From: Halothiobacillaceae bacterium UBA5861
Lineage (GTDB): Bacteria; Pseudomonadota; Gammaproteobacteria; UBA5861
Direction: 5' to 3'
Assembly (NCBI GenBank): GCA_002432635.1
Contig: DJFX01000045.1
Coordinates: forward strand, 33,634-79,440
Length of the DNA stretch: 45,807 nt
Shown here: positions 18,141-25,977 of the stretch, one piece after another
How positions within the stretch are numbered: position 1 is the stretch's first letter
How the letters are laid out: each line of letters begins with the position of its first letter
Made by a program: the position numbers and the translations under genes
Notes under the pieces: generated by a model
Database searches by the model: none
Told to the model about the DNA's origin: nothing
Seen by the model: only the letters and a program-made list of their open reading frames with translations

Positions 18141-18809
18141 TCAGCGAAATGATGATCCCAGTTGCTGCTTAAACAGTTCGACGGCACAGGCGGTGCTGGT
18201 CAGAACGGTTTGTCCCGCTTGCGGCTCAATTATTGTGGCCGCAGGCGCCATTGAGAATTGTGCCAGCAAGAGAATGTCGCAATCATGTAATTCCCGTGCA
18301 CACTCGACGATTAACGCATCGTGTGTTTTTCGGTCGCCGGACTCAAGAGCGTCAATAGCCCCTTTCGCCAGGCGTGTTTCGAGGTGGACCGGTTTTGTCG
18401 TAACCGTTGATTGCGTCTGTATTGCTTCGCGCATTTCTTCAATCGTATTCGTATACGTTGCGATTAAGCCTAATCGCTCTCCTCTAGCAACCGCGTGCGA
18501 CACCATAGCTTCATAAGGTTTATACACAGGAATGTTGAGCTTGTCCCGAGCCGCTTCAATCGCCGGGCCAAATGCTGAGCATGTAAATAAAATCCCACTC
18601 GCCCCGGCTTCGGCCGAGAGTGTCGCCAATTGGTCAATACGCCGGGTAATAGCGGGTGTGAGGTGGCCGGCGGTTCTTAAGTCATCCAAGAGAGAGTCAT
18701 CAAGCAAGTTGGATAGCCGGGCTTCTGGCCACAATGCTTGAAAAGCCTGTTGAACGGGTTCAATGGAAATGGCGGTTGCGGATATCAGCCGGATGTGGGG
18801 TGTCATCAT
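18141..18809 (-). CDS. Asp/Glu/hydantoin racemase superfamily protein (AQFSM subgroup)
   Basis: Real start is likely ATG 18809/18806 (MMTPHIRLI); the longer ORF overlaps the upstream gene and a terminator. NLLDDSL, LFTCSAFG, LLAQFSMA, VLTS. Confidence 0.8.
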   Translation of the reverse strand: MMTPHIRLISATAISIEPVQQAFQALWPEARLSNLLDDSLLDDLRTAGHLTPAITRRIDQLATLSAEAGASGILFTCSAFGPAIEAARDKLNIPVYKPYEAMVSHAVARGERLGLIATYTNTIEEMREAIQTQSTVTTKPVHLETRLAKGAIDALESGDRKTHDALIVECARELHDCDILLLAQFSMAPAATIIEPQAGQTVLTSTACAVELFKQQLGSSFR

Positions 18810-18899
18810 GGTTACCAGGGAAGCAGGATGTTTACTCAAGTGTAAAGCTAAAGCCACACAATGCAAAACGGCTGCGTATTGGGCATAGGCCCTATTGTG

Positions 18900-18935
18900 A
18901 AAAAGCCTCAGAGGTTCTTTGTGTTCTGAGGCTTT
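18900..18935 (-). terminator. Rho-independent terminator ending the phoX-like/di-heme unit
   Basis: The - strand reads AAAGCCTCAGA-N12-TCTGAGGCTTTTT, 22 nt after the di-heme gene stop. Confidence 0.75.
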
Positions 18936-18957
18936 GATGCCCTTTGAATGCCTGTGT

Positions 18958-20631
18958 TCATTCAGGCCAGAGCAGGCGAATATCCCACGGAACGGTTTTA
19001 TCTTCGGGCAAAACCGGAGTGTGGTTGTCAATGTTTGGGTGAACATTTTTGGCCGGTGTGAGGTTGGCGTCTCTGCCGTGAATGTAGTCCTGGTCATGCA
19101 CGATTGTCATGTAAGCTTTATTCAAATCCAGCGCGCGTCGCAGTCCCGGCGTAATTAAATCATAAACATCGCGGGCCTGGTCTACGGCTGCTTCGTTGAG
19201 TGTACCGTCTTGGTTAAAAAAGCGCTCAACCATTTCCAGGTTCTCTCGGAATTCATTGCCGCCACCGACGGTTTTTAAATAGTGTTTGATTTCGCCATAT
19301 CCTGGGCCGTCAACGTTAGGCGTATCACTCATCCCTTTCAGGTTGATGTACCCCCAGCCTTTCGCACCGGTGACTTTGCGCGGGAAAGCAAAGGTTTGAT
19401 CAATGGTGGAGCCAATGGTTGTATGGCAGCCCATGCAAAACAAGTGTTCTTCCTGGGTTTGCCGGCGTAAGTGGCCGTCTTCTGCTTCAATAAAGCCTTG
19501 GACCATCCAGCCAAAACTATTGTCTGTGCCTTGGTCTCCCCGGTGGATGTATTTAGGCAGTAAGCCATCAATTTTTTCCTGGTGTTCATTCCCGTACATG
19601 GAGGCGAGGTGGGAGATGTTAAAAAATTGGAATTTTTTCATGTAACGAACTTCTTTCATCCGCGGGGAAACGGTAATTTCGCCCTCTGCGGTAATACCGA
19701 TATAACGCACAGTGTGCAGGAACTGGGTGCCAACCGGGTAGAGCATGTCAGCGGTTTCGATACCGCTTGCCTGACCGACGAAGTGGCTCAATTGATTGAT
19801 GTTTTCTACGGTTGTCAGCTGCCCGTCTCCATTTAAATCGGTACAGACTTTGTTTTCGTCAATCGGTGGGGTGCTGATGCTTTCCAGCCTTTTTATGCTC
19901 GCTTCAAGAATGGACAGATTGGCCAGGTAGGTATCTCGCGAAAACGCTTCGCTATCGCAGTCCGATGCGCGAAAATTTTCCGGCAAGCGAACCATGACAT
20001 CATCTGTTGAGCCATTGGTTGGCCAGAAGGTGCTGGGCATGGGCTTGTAGTTGAAAGCGACCCAGCCACTGCCATCTAGCGCGAAACCCTGTTCATCGAA
20101 TGCTTGTTTTCCCAGGTGCAGGTTTTCGATCGCTGGGATGGGGCCTTGCCAGTCGGGTGTTTCGTGAAGTTGCTTGATGAGAGGGGTATAGTTGTCGGTA
20201 TAGATGTAGTCGATCACGTCTTGGTCAGTGATGTTTGCCATGGCGTCTGTACGGTCTTCGAAAAGGTTTAACCAGTGATTTACGACCCCTAAGTCAGAAA
20301 AGGCGTACTCCCGTTGTAAGCCGCCATCACCCATTTGATTGGGTCGACTTTTGTACGGGTAGCTTTGGTGGCAGGTCATACAGGGATTAAATGCTGCGTC
20401 ATGCTTGGTATAGCATTGAGGGGGGATAACGCCCTCCGGGTTGTAGGTCGATAGTGACTCTGTGATGCGCAGCTGACCTTTGGGGCCTTCTACGATGTCT
20501 TGGGGAAAAACCAGGTCGCTGATCACACTCAAATCCGGCGTGTTGATGGAGTCGTCATGATCGTCATGACTGCTTTGGCAAGCGACAAAGACCGCTGTCG
20601 TGAAGGACAGGATAAGGATGAGCTTATTCAC
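18958..20631 (-). CDS. Uncharacterised di-heme c-type cytochrome lipoprotein
   Basis: GTG start at 20631 after a GGAGA SD; lipobox FVAC; two CxxCH motifs (CMTCH 20382..20368, CMGCH 19437..19423); Ca-loop-like DLNGDGQL. Confidence 0.8.
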   Translation of the reverse strand: MNKLILILSFTTAVFVACQSSHDDHDDSINTPDLSVISDLVFPQDIVEGPKGQLRITESLSTYNPEGVIPPQCYTKHDAAFNPCMTCHQSYPYKSRPNQMGDGGLQREYAFSDLGVVNHWLNLFEDRTDAMANITDQDVIDYIYTDNYTPLIKQLHETPDWQGPIPAIENLHLGKQAFDEQGFALDGSGWVAFNYKPMPSTFWPTNGSTDDVMVRLPENFRASDCDSEAFSRDTYLANLSILEASIKRLESISTPPIDENKVCTDLNGDGQLTTVENINQLSHFVGQASGIETADMLYPVGTQFLHTVRYIGITAEGEITVSPRMKEVRYMKKFQFFNISHLASMYGNEHQEKIDGLLPKYIHRGDQGTDNSFGWMVQGFIEAEDGHLRRQTQEEHLFCMGCHTTIGSTIDQTFAFPRKVTGAKGWGYINLKGMSDTPNVDGPGYGEIKHYLKTVGGGNEFRENLEMVERFFNQDGTLNEAAVDQARDVYDLITPGLRRALDLNKAYMTIVHDQDYIHGRDANLTPAKNVHPNIDNHTPVLPEDKTVPWDIRLLWPE

Positions 20632-20648
20632 GGGTTTTCTCCAAAGGT

Positions 20649-20710
20649 TGTGACAAAGCCAGAGCAGCTTTGTCACATATCACATCAATTTAGTGTGTTG
20701 TTAACAACAC
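20649..20710. repeat. Two inverted repeats in the phoX/di-heme intergenic gap
   Basis: TGTGACAAAGC-N7-GCTTTGTCACA (20649..20677) and the perfect 16-bp palindrome GTGTTGTTAACAACAC (20695..20710). Confidence 0.8.
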
Positions 20711-20713
20711 GCG

Positions 20714-22606
20714 TTAGATGGCGGGATCGTCGAACAGCCAAACCACATTGTTTTCGTGGTTGCCTGTGTCTTCGCCAATCAGCACACGGCCGTCGTCCAG
20801 AATCACAAGGTTGTCGGGATTGGAAATGTTGTTGACGCTGCACTCGTTGACGCTGCGGTCACCGTAGTAGGGACCACCAACAATGGCAGGCACCAGAGTG
20901 TTGACATCCACTAAACCATCAGCATTTTTCGTCAGTTTCATGCGGTAGACTACGCCGCATTGACCGTGTGTACCATCCAGCTGAATGTCGCCAACATCGT
21001 CGGCCATTGTGGCGTCAAAACTGGACATGGCCATGTACATGTAAGCTTGCGCACCGTCTGCCGCGCCCGCATTCCACCATGTGTTGGCCAAGCCATAATT
21101 GATGTTAACGCCTTCCATTTTACGAAATTCACCGGTTGCCCCGAGTGCAACAGCCGCTTTGCGGGATTCCAGAAATGCCGGCCGGTCGTCGGTAAAGCTG
21201 GTTGTACCCACGTTGCCGTCGCCATCAATGTCGGTGCCTGTTTTTGCTTCGGCCCAGTCGTTGATTTGCTGATCAGTGATGTATTTGGCCTCAGCAAACG
21301 TGCCGTCATACTCGGCGATTGCGGTTTCGATAGCGGCCTCAGTGCCAGAACCGATCTCGATCCACTCGACGCCAAGCGCCGCTTCCGCCGGATCTTTAAT
21401 GCCGCTAGCCTGAGTGATTTTTGCGGCGTACAGTTTTCCGGCACTCATGTCGCCTGCTACATCGGCGACGAATTTAAAGAAGACCACGCCTGTGCCATCG
21501 TCGCTCAGGAAAACTGTGCGCTGGTCGGGCATTACGACAGGATTCTCGTGCGAGAAACGGCCCATTAGCTCCAACTTGTTCACTTCAACGTTGGCTTCGT
21601 TCGCGGTGGCCACGGTTCCGTTGACGCCAACTTCCACGATATAACCGTAGTCATAAGGGTTACCCCAGTTACCACTGCGATCAAGCGGGTAGCCTTTGTA
21701 TTCGGCAATGGCTTCTGCGTTACTGAAATAGGTGAAGGTGGGATCAAACCAGTCGGCGGTATTGTCAAAGTAAAGCTCTTCGGCCGAGAGAGGCGTACCC
21801 CAGGGGCTGAGTGTGCCAAAGCAGTTGACCCATGTGCCATCCACAGCAGAAAAGTCCAGCATGCCTTCTGCCGTGACGGTATTGTAATCGGCCGACATTT
21901 GAATCCGGCTCATACTGCCCGGACGGTCTTCCCAGTTGGTGTACAGGTAATAACCACCGGCGCCGTCAGAAACAGCGGCATTGAAGTCAGGATCATTGGA
22001 ATTTTTAATCACGGTTGTGCCATCGGCAGCGAGGATATCTCCCATGGTATTGCCATCAGCCAGGGCATCTGTTTGCTGAACTAAAACTTTGTATGTGCCC
22101 ACAGCCGTTTTTACGACCTCTTTGTCAGCGCTGATGATAGGCATATCCATCGCGGCCATGTCGCCGAGGGTATTGAAGTTGACACCCGTGATCACACCAA
22201 CAGTGCCTTTGTTGAATATTTTGCCATCGGCATCAGCGGCTGTGTTACTGCTGCTTGGGTGTTGCGTGTTGAGGAAGAGTGCTCCATCGGTATTCAAGAA
22301 CAGACCCGTGAACTCGGCGCCTAAAGGAGCTGTTGCCAGGCGCTTCAGGCCCTGAGGTATGTAGTTTGTGATGCCATCAGCACCGTTGGCGCCATCCGCT
22401 CCATCCGCTCCATCAGTACCGTCTGCACCATCTTGTCCCGGAGCTCCATCGGCGCCGTCCTGGCCAGGTGCGCCGTCGGCCCCGTCAATCCCGTCGTCAC
22501 CATCATCGCCACAGCTGCTTAGCGCTAAAGTCGAACTGACCAGAATAGTACTGATCAGTAAAACTAAAGGCTTTTTTTTGAAAGTTGAAATCACAATATT
22601 CTCCAT
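20714..22606 (-). CDS. phoX: PhoX/DUF839 family phosphatase-like lipoprotein with a collagen-like stalk, circularly permuted
   Basis: Lipobox LSSC (start may be GTG 22594 after GGAG). Motifs NWE, NCFGTLSPWGTPLSAEE, GRFSHEN, LSDD, RKMEG, NPDNL, IGED; GAEFTG...FLNTQHP sits near the N-terminus. Confidence 0.85.
   Translation of the reverse strand: MENIVISTFKKKPLVLLISTILVSSTLALSSCGDDGDDGIDGADGAPGQDGADGAPGQDGADGTDGADGADGANGADGITNYIPQGLKRLATAPLGAEFTGLFLNTDGALFLNTQHPSSSNTAADADGKIFNKGTVGVITGVNFNTLGDMAAMDMPIISADKEVVKTAVGTYKVLVQQTDALADGNTMGDILAADGTTVIKNSNDPDFNAAVSDGAGGYYLYTNWEDRPGSMSRIQMSADYNTVTAEGMLDFSAVDGTWVNCFGTLSPWGTPLSAEELYFDNTADWFDPTFTYFSNAEAIAEYKGYPLDRSGNWGNPYDYGYIVEVGVNGTVATANEANVEVNKLELMGRFSHENPVVMPDQRTVFLSDDGTGVVFFKFVADVAGDMSAGKLYAAKITQASGIKDPAEAALGVEWIEIGSGTEAAIETAIAEYDGTFAEAKYITDQQINDWAEAKTGTDIDGDGNVGTTSFTDDRPAFLESRKAAVALGATGEFRKMEGVNINYGLANTWWNAGAADGAQAYMYMAMSSFDATMADDVGDIQLDGTHGQCGVVYRMKLTKNADGLVDVNTLVPAIVGGPYYGDRSVNECSVNNISNPDNLVILDDGRVLIGEDTGNHENNVVWLFDDPAI
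22367..22510 (-). repeat. Collagen-like (Gly-X-Y)16 repeat, Asp-rich
   Basis: GDD GDD GID GAD GAP GQD GAD GAP GQD GAD GTD GAD GAD GAN GAD GIT, starting immediately after the lipobox Cys. Confidence 0.95.
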
Positions 22607-22928
22607 TCTCTGGCTAATAAAAAATCATTCGATTTGGCTGAATTGTTGAATTCGGTGCAAAGCAAATTGATCAGTGGACTTGGCGTAACTTTGAATGCTG
22701 CAATGAATTCACCGTAGAAAACTACACCGGGCATATTTCAATCCGATTAAATAAGCCGATGGATTCGTGATTTCATCCGCGGGCTGTTCCGTTGTTTTCA
22801 CGCATATGATGCAGTATGAGAACGTACGCAAGCGCACGTAGCCAGTTATACTGGCGGATGAGGAAAGGCTGACCAGATAAGATAAAAAAACACCTCGAAA
22901 ACAGATGAGGTAAACAAGGGGTTTTGCT

Positions 22929-23648
22929 GTGAGTGAAGAAATAAAAGGTGGATGGCGGGGAGGCATACAAGTCGCAATTGGCGTGCAGGGTATGATTATT
23001 TTAACAACCTGTATTGGCTATGGTGCCCTGGCGAGGGAGACGGGGCTCAGCAGCTGGATGGCGATTGCCTCAACAGGCATTATTTGGGCACTGCCTTCAC
23101 AGCTTGTTTTTGCCGAGCTTTATTTGGTGAGTGCCTCGGGGGCGGCGATTCTGTTAGCCGTCATGATCACCAATATGCGTTTTTTACCGATGGTTGTGTC
23201 ACTTTTGCCCATCATTCGGGGGCGCGCGCCCAAGCGCTGGAAGTTGTTTCTGGCTGCTCAGTTCGTGGCGGTTACGCCTTGGGCAGTGGCGATGCGTGAT
23301 TGCCCCAAAATGAACGAAGAAGAGCGTTTGCCTTATTTATTGGGTATGGGCGGTACACTTTGGGTGTTAGGCACGGTATTAACCGGAGTAGGTTATTTGT
23401 TAGCGGTGAATTTGCCAACATACATTAACCTTGGCCTGGTTTTTTTAATGGCGGTTTACTGGATGTTGTTATTCGTTGATATCCGTCAGCGGGACATCGC
23501 CATAGCCGTGATTTGCGGGGCGGTTCTCGGGCCGCTTGTCTATCTTCAGTTTCCCCAGTGGAGCTTGATGATCACGGGCTTTGTAGGCGGCACACTGGCT
23601 TTTTTTGTAGATGCTCGGTTGCGTATCAAAGGAAATCGTCATGAGTAG
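22929..23648 (+). CDS. azlC: AzlC family branched-chain amino acid exporter, large subunit
   Basis: GYGALARETG, WALPSQL, NMRFLPMVVSL; hydrophobic; paired with a small AzlD-like gene. Confidence 0.85.
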   Translation: MSEEIKGGWRGGIQVAIGVQGMIILTTCIGYGALARETGLSSWMAIASTGIIWALPSQLVFAELYLVSASGAAILLAVMITNMRFLPMVVSLLPIIRGRAPKRWKLFLAAQFVAVTPWAVAMRDCPKMNEEERLPYLLGMGGTLWVLGTVLTGVGYLLAVNLPTYINLGLVFLMAVYWMLLFVDIRQRDIAIAVICGAVLGPLVYLQFPQWSLMITGFVGGTLAFFVDARLRIKGNRHE

Positions 23649-23964
23649 TGTGCATGTTTGGTGGCTTATCCTCGGGTCCTTTGTGGTGACGTATTTCTGG
23701 CGGGGAATTGGCGTATTGATGTCTACGCGGGTCAATGTTGAAGACAACATTTTCAGATGGGTGAGTTGTATTGCCTATGCCATGCTGGCGGCATTGGTGT
23801 CACGCATGATTTTTTTGCCTGCCGGGCCACTGGAGCAGACACACCTTTACGAACGGCTGCTGGCTTGTGGGCTGGCTTTACTGGTTTACTTTGTCTTCCG
23901 GCGTAATTTGATTCTGTCTTTGATGGCCGGGGTGGGCACCATCATCCTCTTGGGAAGGCCTTAA
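23641..23964 (+). CDS. azlD: AzlD family small subunit
   Basis: ATG 23641 overlapping azlC; VTYFWRGIG, IAYAMLAALV. Confidence 0.82.
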   Translation: MSSVHVWWLILGSFVVTYFWRGIGVLMSTRVNVEDNIFRWVSCIAYAMLAALVSRMIFLPAGPLEQTHLYERLLACGLALLVYFVFRRNLILSLMAGVGTIILLGRP

Positions 23965-24002
23965 AGGTGCGCCTGGCGGGCGCCGTTTGGGCCGGGGTGT
24001 TT

Positions 24003-24350
24003 TCATTCAGGCGGTGGGGCGAATAACCAGTCGGGCAGAGAAAATGTCCATTGAAACTGCTTGAGGTCGATCACACCCCGAGTAAAGACCACGCCTTCTT
24101 CTTCCAATAGCCTGCGTTGCATAGCGTGCTTCTCGCTACCTTTTGGGAATGATATTCGGCCCTTGGCATTAACTACACGATGCCAGGGGAGTTTTTCTTC
24201 GGGCGGTGACTGCCGCAGCAGATACCCAATCCACCGTGCGCGTCCCGGAGCATTGCTTAAATCAGCCACTTGTCCATAAGTGGCCACACAGCCGGGGGGA
24301 ATCTTTTTGACGATCTGATAAACGGTTTGTTGATTCCGTTCAGACGTCAT
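24003..24350 (-). CDS. atl: Alkyltransferase-like protein (Atl/YbaZ, MGMT family)
   Basis: IPPGCVATYGQVA, PWHRVV (Trp in place of the MGMT catalytic Cys), LLEEEGV. Confidence 0.9.
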   Translation of the reverse strand: MTSERNQQTVYQIVKKIPPGCVATYGQVADLSNAPGRARWIGYLLRQSPPEEKLPWHRVVNAKGRISFPKGSEKHAMQRRLLEEEGVVFTRGVIDLKQFQWTFSLPDWLFAPPPE

Positions 24351-25177
24351 GGTGTGGGTAAAAAAAGCTTGGGCTCAACCCAGGTGCGGTTTAAGCCAAC
24401 TGACCAATGCAAATGTGGGCCGGTCACGCGCCCCGTTGCACCCACTTCGCCGATTTTGTCGCCAGCTTGAATAAGCTGCCCGGGTTTGACATCAATGCGA
24501 TGCAAGTGGGCATAAAACGTCACCAGTCCTTGGCCATGATTAATGAAAATACAGTTTCCGCTAAAAAAATAGTCGCCTGTTTCCACAACTTGCCCGGCTG
24601 CTGGTGCGTAGACGGGTGTGCCTGTTGGGGCGGCAATATCCAGTCCGCCATGGGGTTTCCGAGCCTGGTTGTTAAAAAAACGGCGTAAGCCAAACTGGCT
24701 GCTTTCCCGGCCAACCACGGGGAGTTGAAGTGTCAGTGCCGGTGTGGTGTGGCGCCACGAATGCCGAGCTTGACGAATACGCTGTTGCTCTTTGCCAATA
24801 CGCTCCATATCGGCCGGGTTGGGGTTCACCTTCCGCTTGTTTTTAATCGTTAAGCGCTGCTCCGGATAAGCTTTTGCAGTGACCGTAAAACTATGGCGAG
24901 ACTTGGGGCCGTTTTCCCCCCATCGGGCCACAATTTCGTGCGGACCTGGCTTGGCGCTCAACGGAATGCCAACCAGTGCGACCCAGTGCGTATCGCGCTG
25001 GATTGTGGTCACAGGAATTTGATGGTAATGCACGCGGGGTTCTGCTGGCCCAATCGATGGAAGAGAGACCAGCGCGACGCCGCCGGGTGTCAGCTGTTCG
25101 AAGGGCAGCGCATGGGCCTGTGTGCTGAGCAGGTGAAAAAAAATGAGTGCGAAGAGCCAGAGATGCCTTGTCTTCAT
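24347..25177 (-). CDS. M23 family peptidoglycan DD-endopeptidase
   Basis: Signal peptide; FGLRRFFN, HGGLD (HxxxD), GRVTGPHLHW. Confidence 0.92.
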   Translation of the reverse strand: MKTRHLWLFALIFFHLLSTQAHALPFEQLTPGGVALVSLPSIGPAEPRVHYHQIPVTTIQRDTHWVALVGIPLSAKPGPHEIVARWGENGPKSRHSFTVTAKAYPEQRLTIKNKRKVNPNPADMERIGKEQQRIRQARHSWRHTTPALTLQLPVVGRESSQFGLRRFFNNQARKPHGGLDIAAPTGTPVYAPAAGQVVETGDYFFSGNCIFINHGQGLVTFYAHLHRIDVKPGQLIQAGDKIGEVGATGRVTGPHLHWSVGLNRTWVEPKLFLPTP

Positions 25178-25950
25178 TCGGTATTTTGTAATGCTTTTGA
25201 TTGACGGGTCGGTGTGTCTTCTGTTTTAGAAATGACATCCACCCACAGAGCCGTTGCTCCGGCAACACCGATGGGCATGGCGACGATGTTGATCAAGGGA
25301 ATCGAGGTTAAAATCGTCAGTGCCCCGCCAAAGCCGAGCGCGAGTGGGCGTGACTGTTCCATCCGTTTTTTAATGCGGCCAAAGGTATAACCATGATTGC
25401 CCATGGGGTAGTCCGTGTACTCCAGTGAGAGCATCCAGGCGCTGAAAATCAGCCACAGCGCTGGCGAAAGAATATTCAGTACAGGGATAAAGCTAATGAT
25501 AATCAACGGAATCATCCACATGACGAGGTAAATCAGCTTGCGGATTTCTGACGCCATGGTAACAGGAATGCTTTTCAATAACTGGGAAAAGGAATCAGAC
25601 GTTTCGATGGTTTGCCCTGTGAGGTAGCGCTCTACTTTTTCAGCTAACAAACTGTTAAACGGTGCGGCAATAAAGTTTGTGATCAGCGTGAATGTATAGG
25701 CAAAAACGACGAGCGCGAGGAGGGCGAAGAAGGTCCAGAGGATAAACTGAATAATTGCCCAGTCGAGCCAGGCGGGCAGGAAGGTGTCGAGCAGCGAGGC
25801 AAAGTAGTAGCCGCTCAACCAGATCAGCCCAAAAAATACAAACAAATTAATAATGATTGGGATAATGACAAAACGGCGTAGTTTTGCTTGCTGAATGATG
25901 CCCGCGCCCTTGCCGACATAGTGTGCCCCTAAAAAAAATTGTTCAAGCAT
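25174..25950 (-). CDS. cysZ: CysZ/EI24 family membrane protein
   Basis: LRRFVIIPIIIN, NFIAAPFNSLLAEKVE, LEYTDYPMGNH, PIGVAGATALW; near smc-zipA-ligA. Confidence 0.92.
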   Translation of the reverse strand: MLEQFFLGAHYVGKGAGIIQQAKLRRFVIIPIIINLFVFFGLIWLSGYYFASLLDTFLPAWLDWAIIQFILWTFFALLALVVFAYTFTLITNFIAAPFNSLLAEKVERYLTGQTIETSDSFSQLLKSIPVTMASEIRKLIYLVMWMIPLIIISFIPVLNILSPALWLIFSAWMLSLEYTDYPMGNHGYTFGRIKKRMEQSRPLALGFGGALTILTSIPLINIVAMPIGVAGATALWVDVISKTEDTPTRQSKALQNTE

Positions 25951-25977
25951 CAATGTTCCTGTGGTTAAACGGTAAGC

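Noticed and set aside
18810-19097. N-terminal 96-aa extension of the racemase-like ORF (18141..19097)
   Set aside because: It overlaps the di-heme gene end and its terminator; family similarity starts at MMTPHIRL.
22367-22510. CRISPR-like or DNA-level tandem array
   Set aside because: The 9-nt periodicity is explained by Gly-X-Y coding with variable third positions; there are no repeat-spacer units or cas genes.
22607-22928. Pho box upstream of the phoX-like gene
   Set aside because: No convincing CTGTCAT-like direct repeats at 11-bp spacing on the - strand, so PhoB control cannot be claimed from sequence alone.
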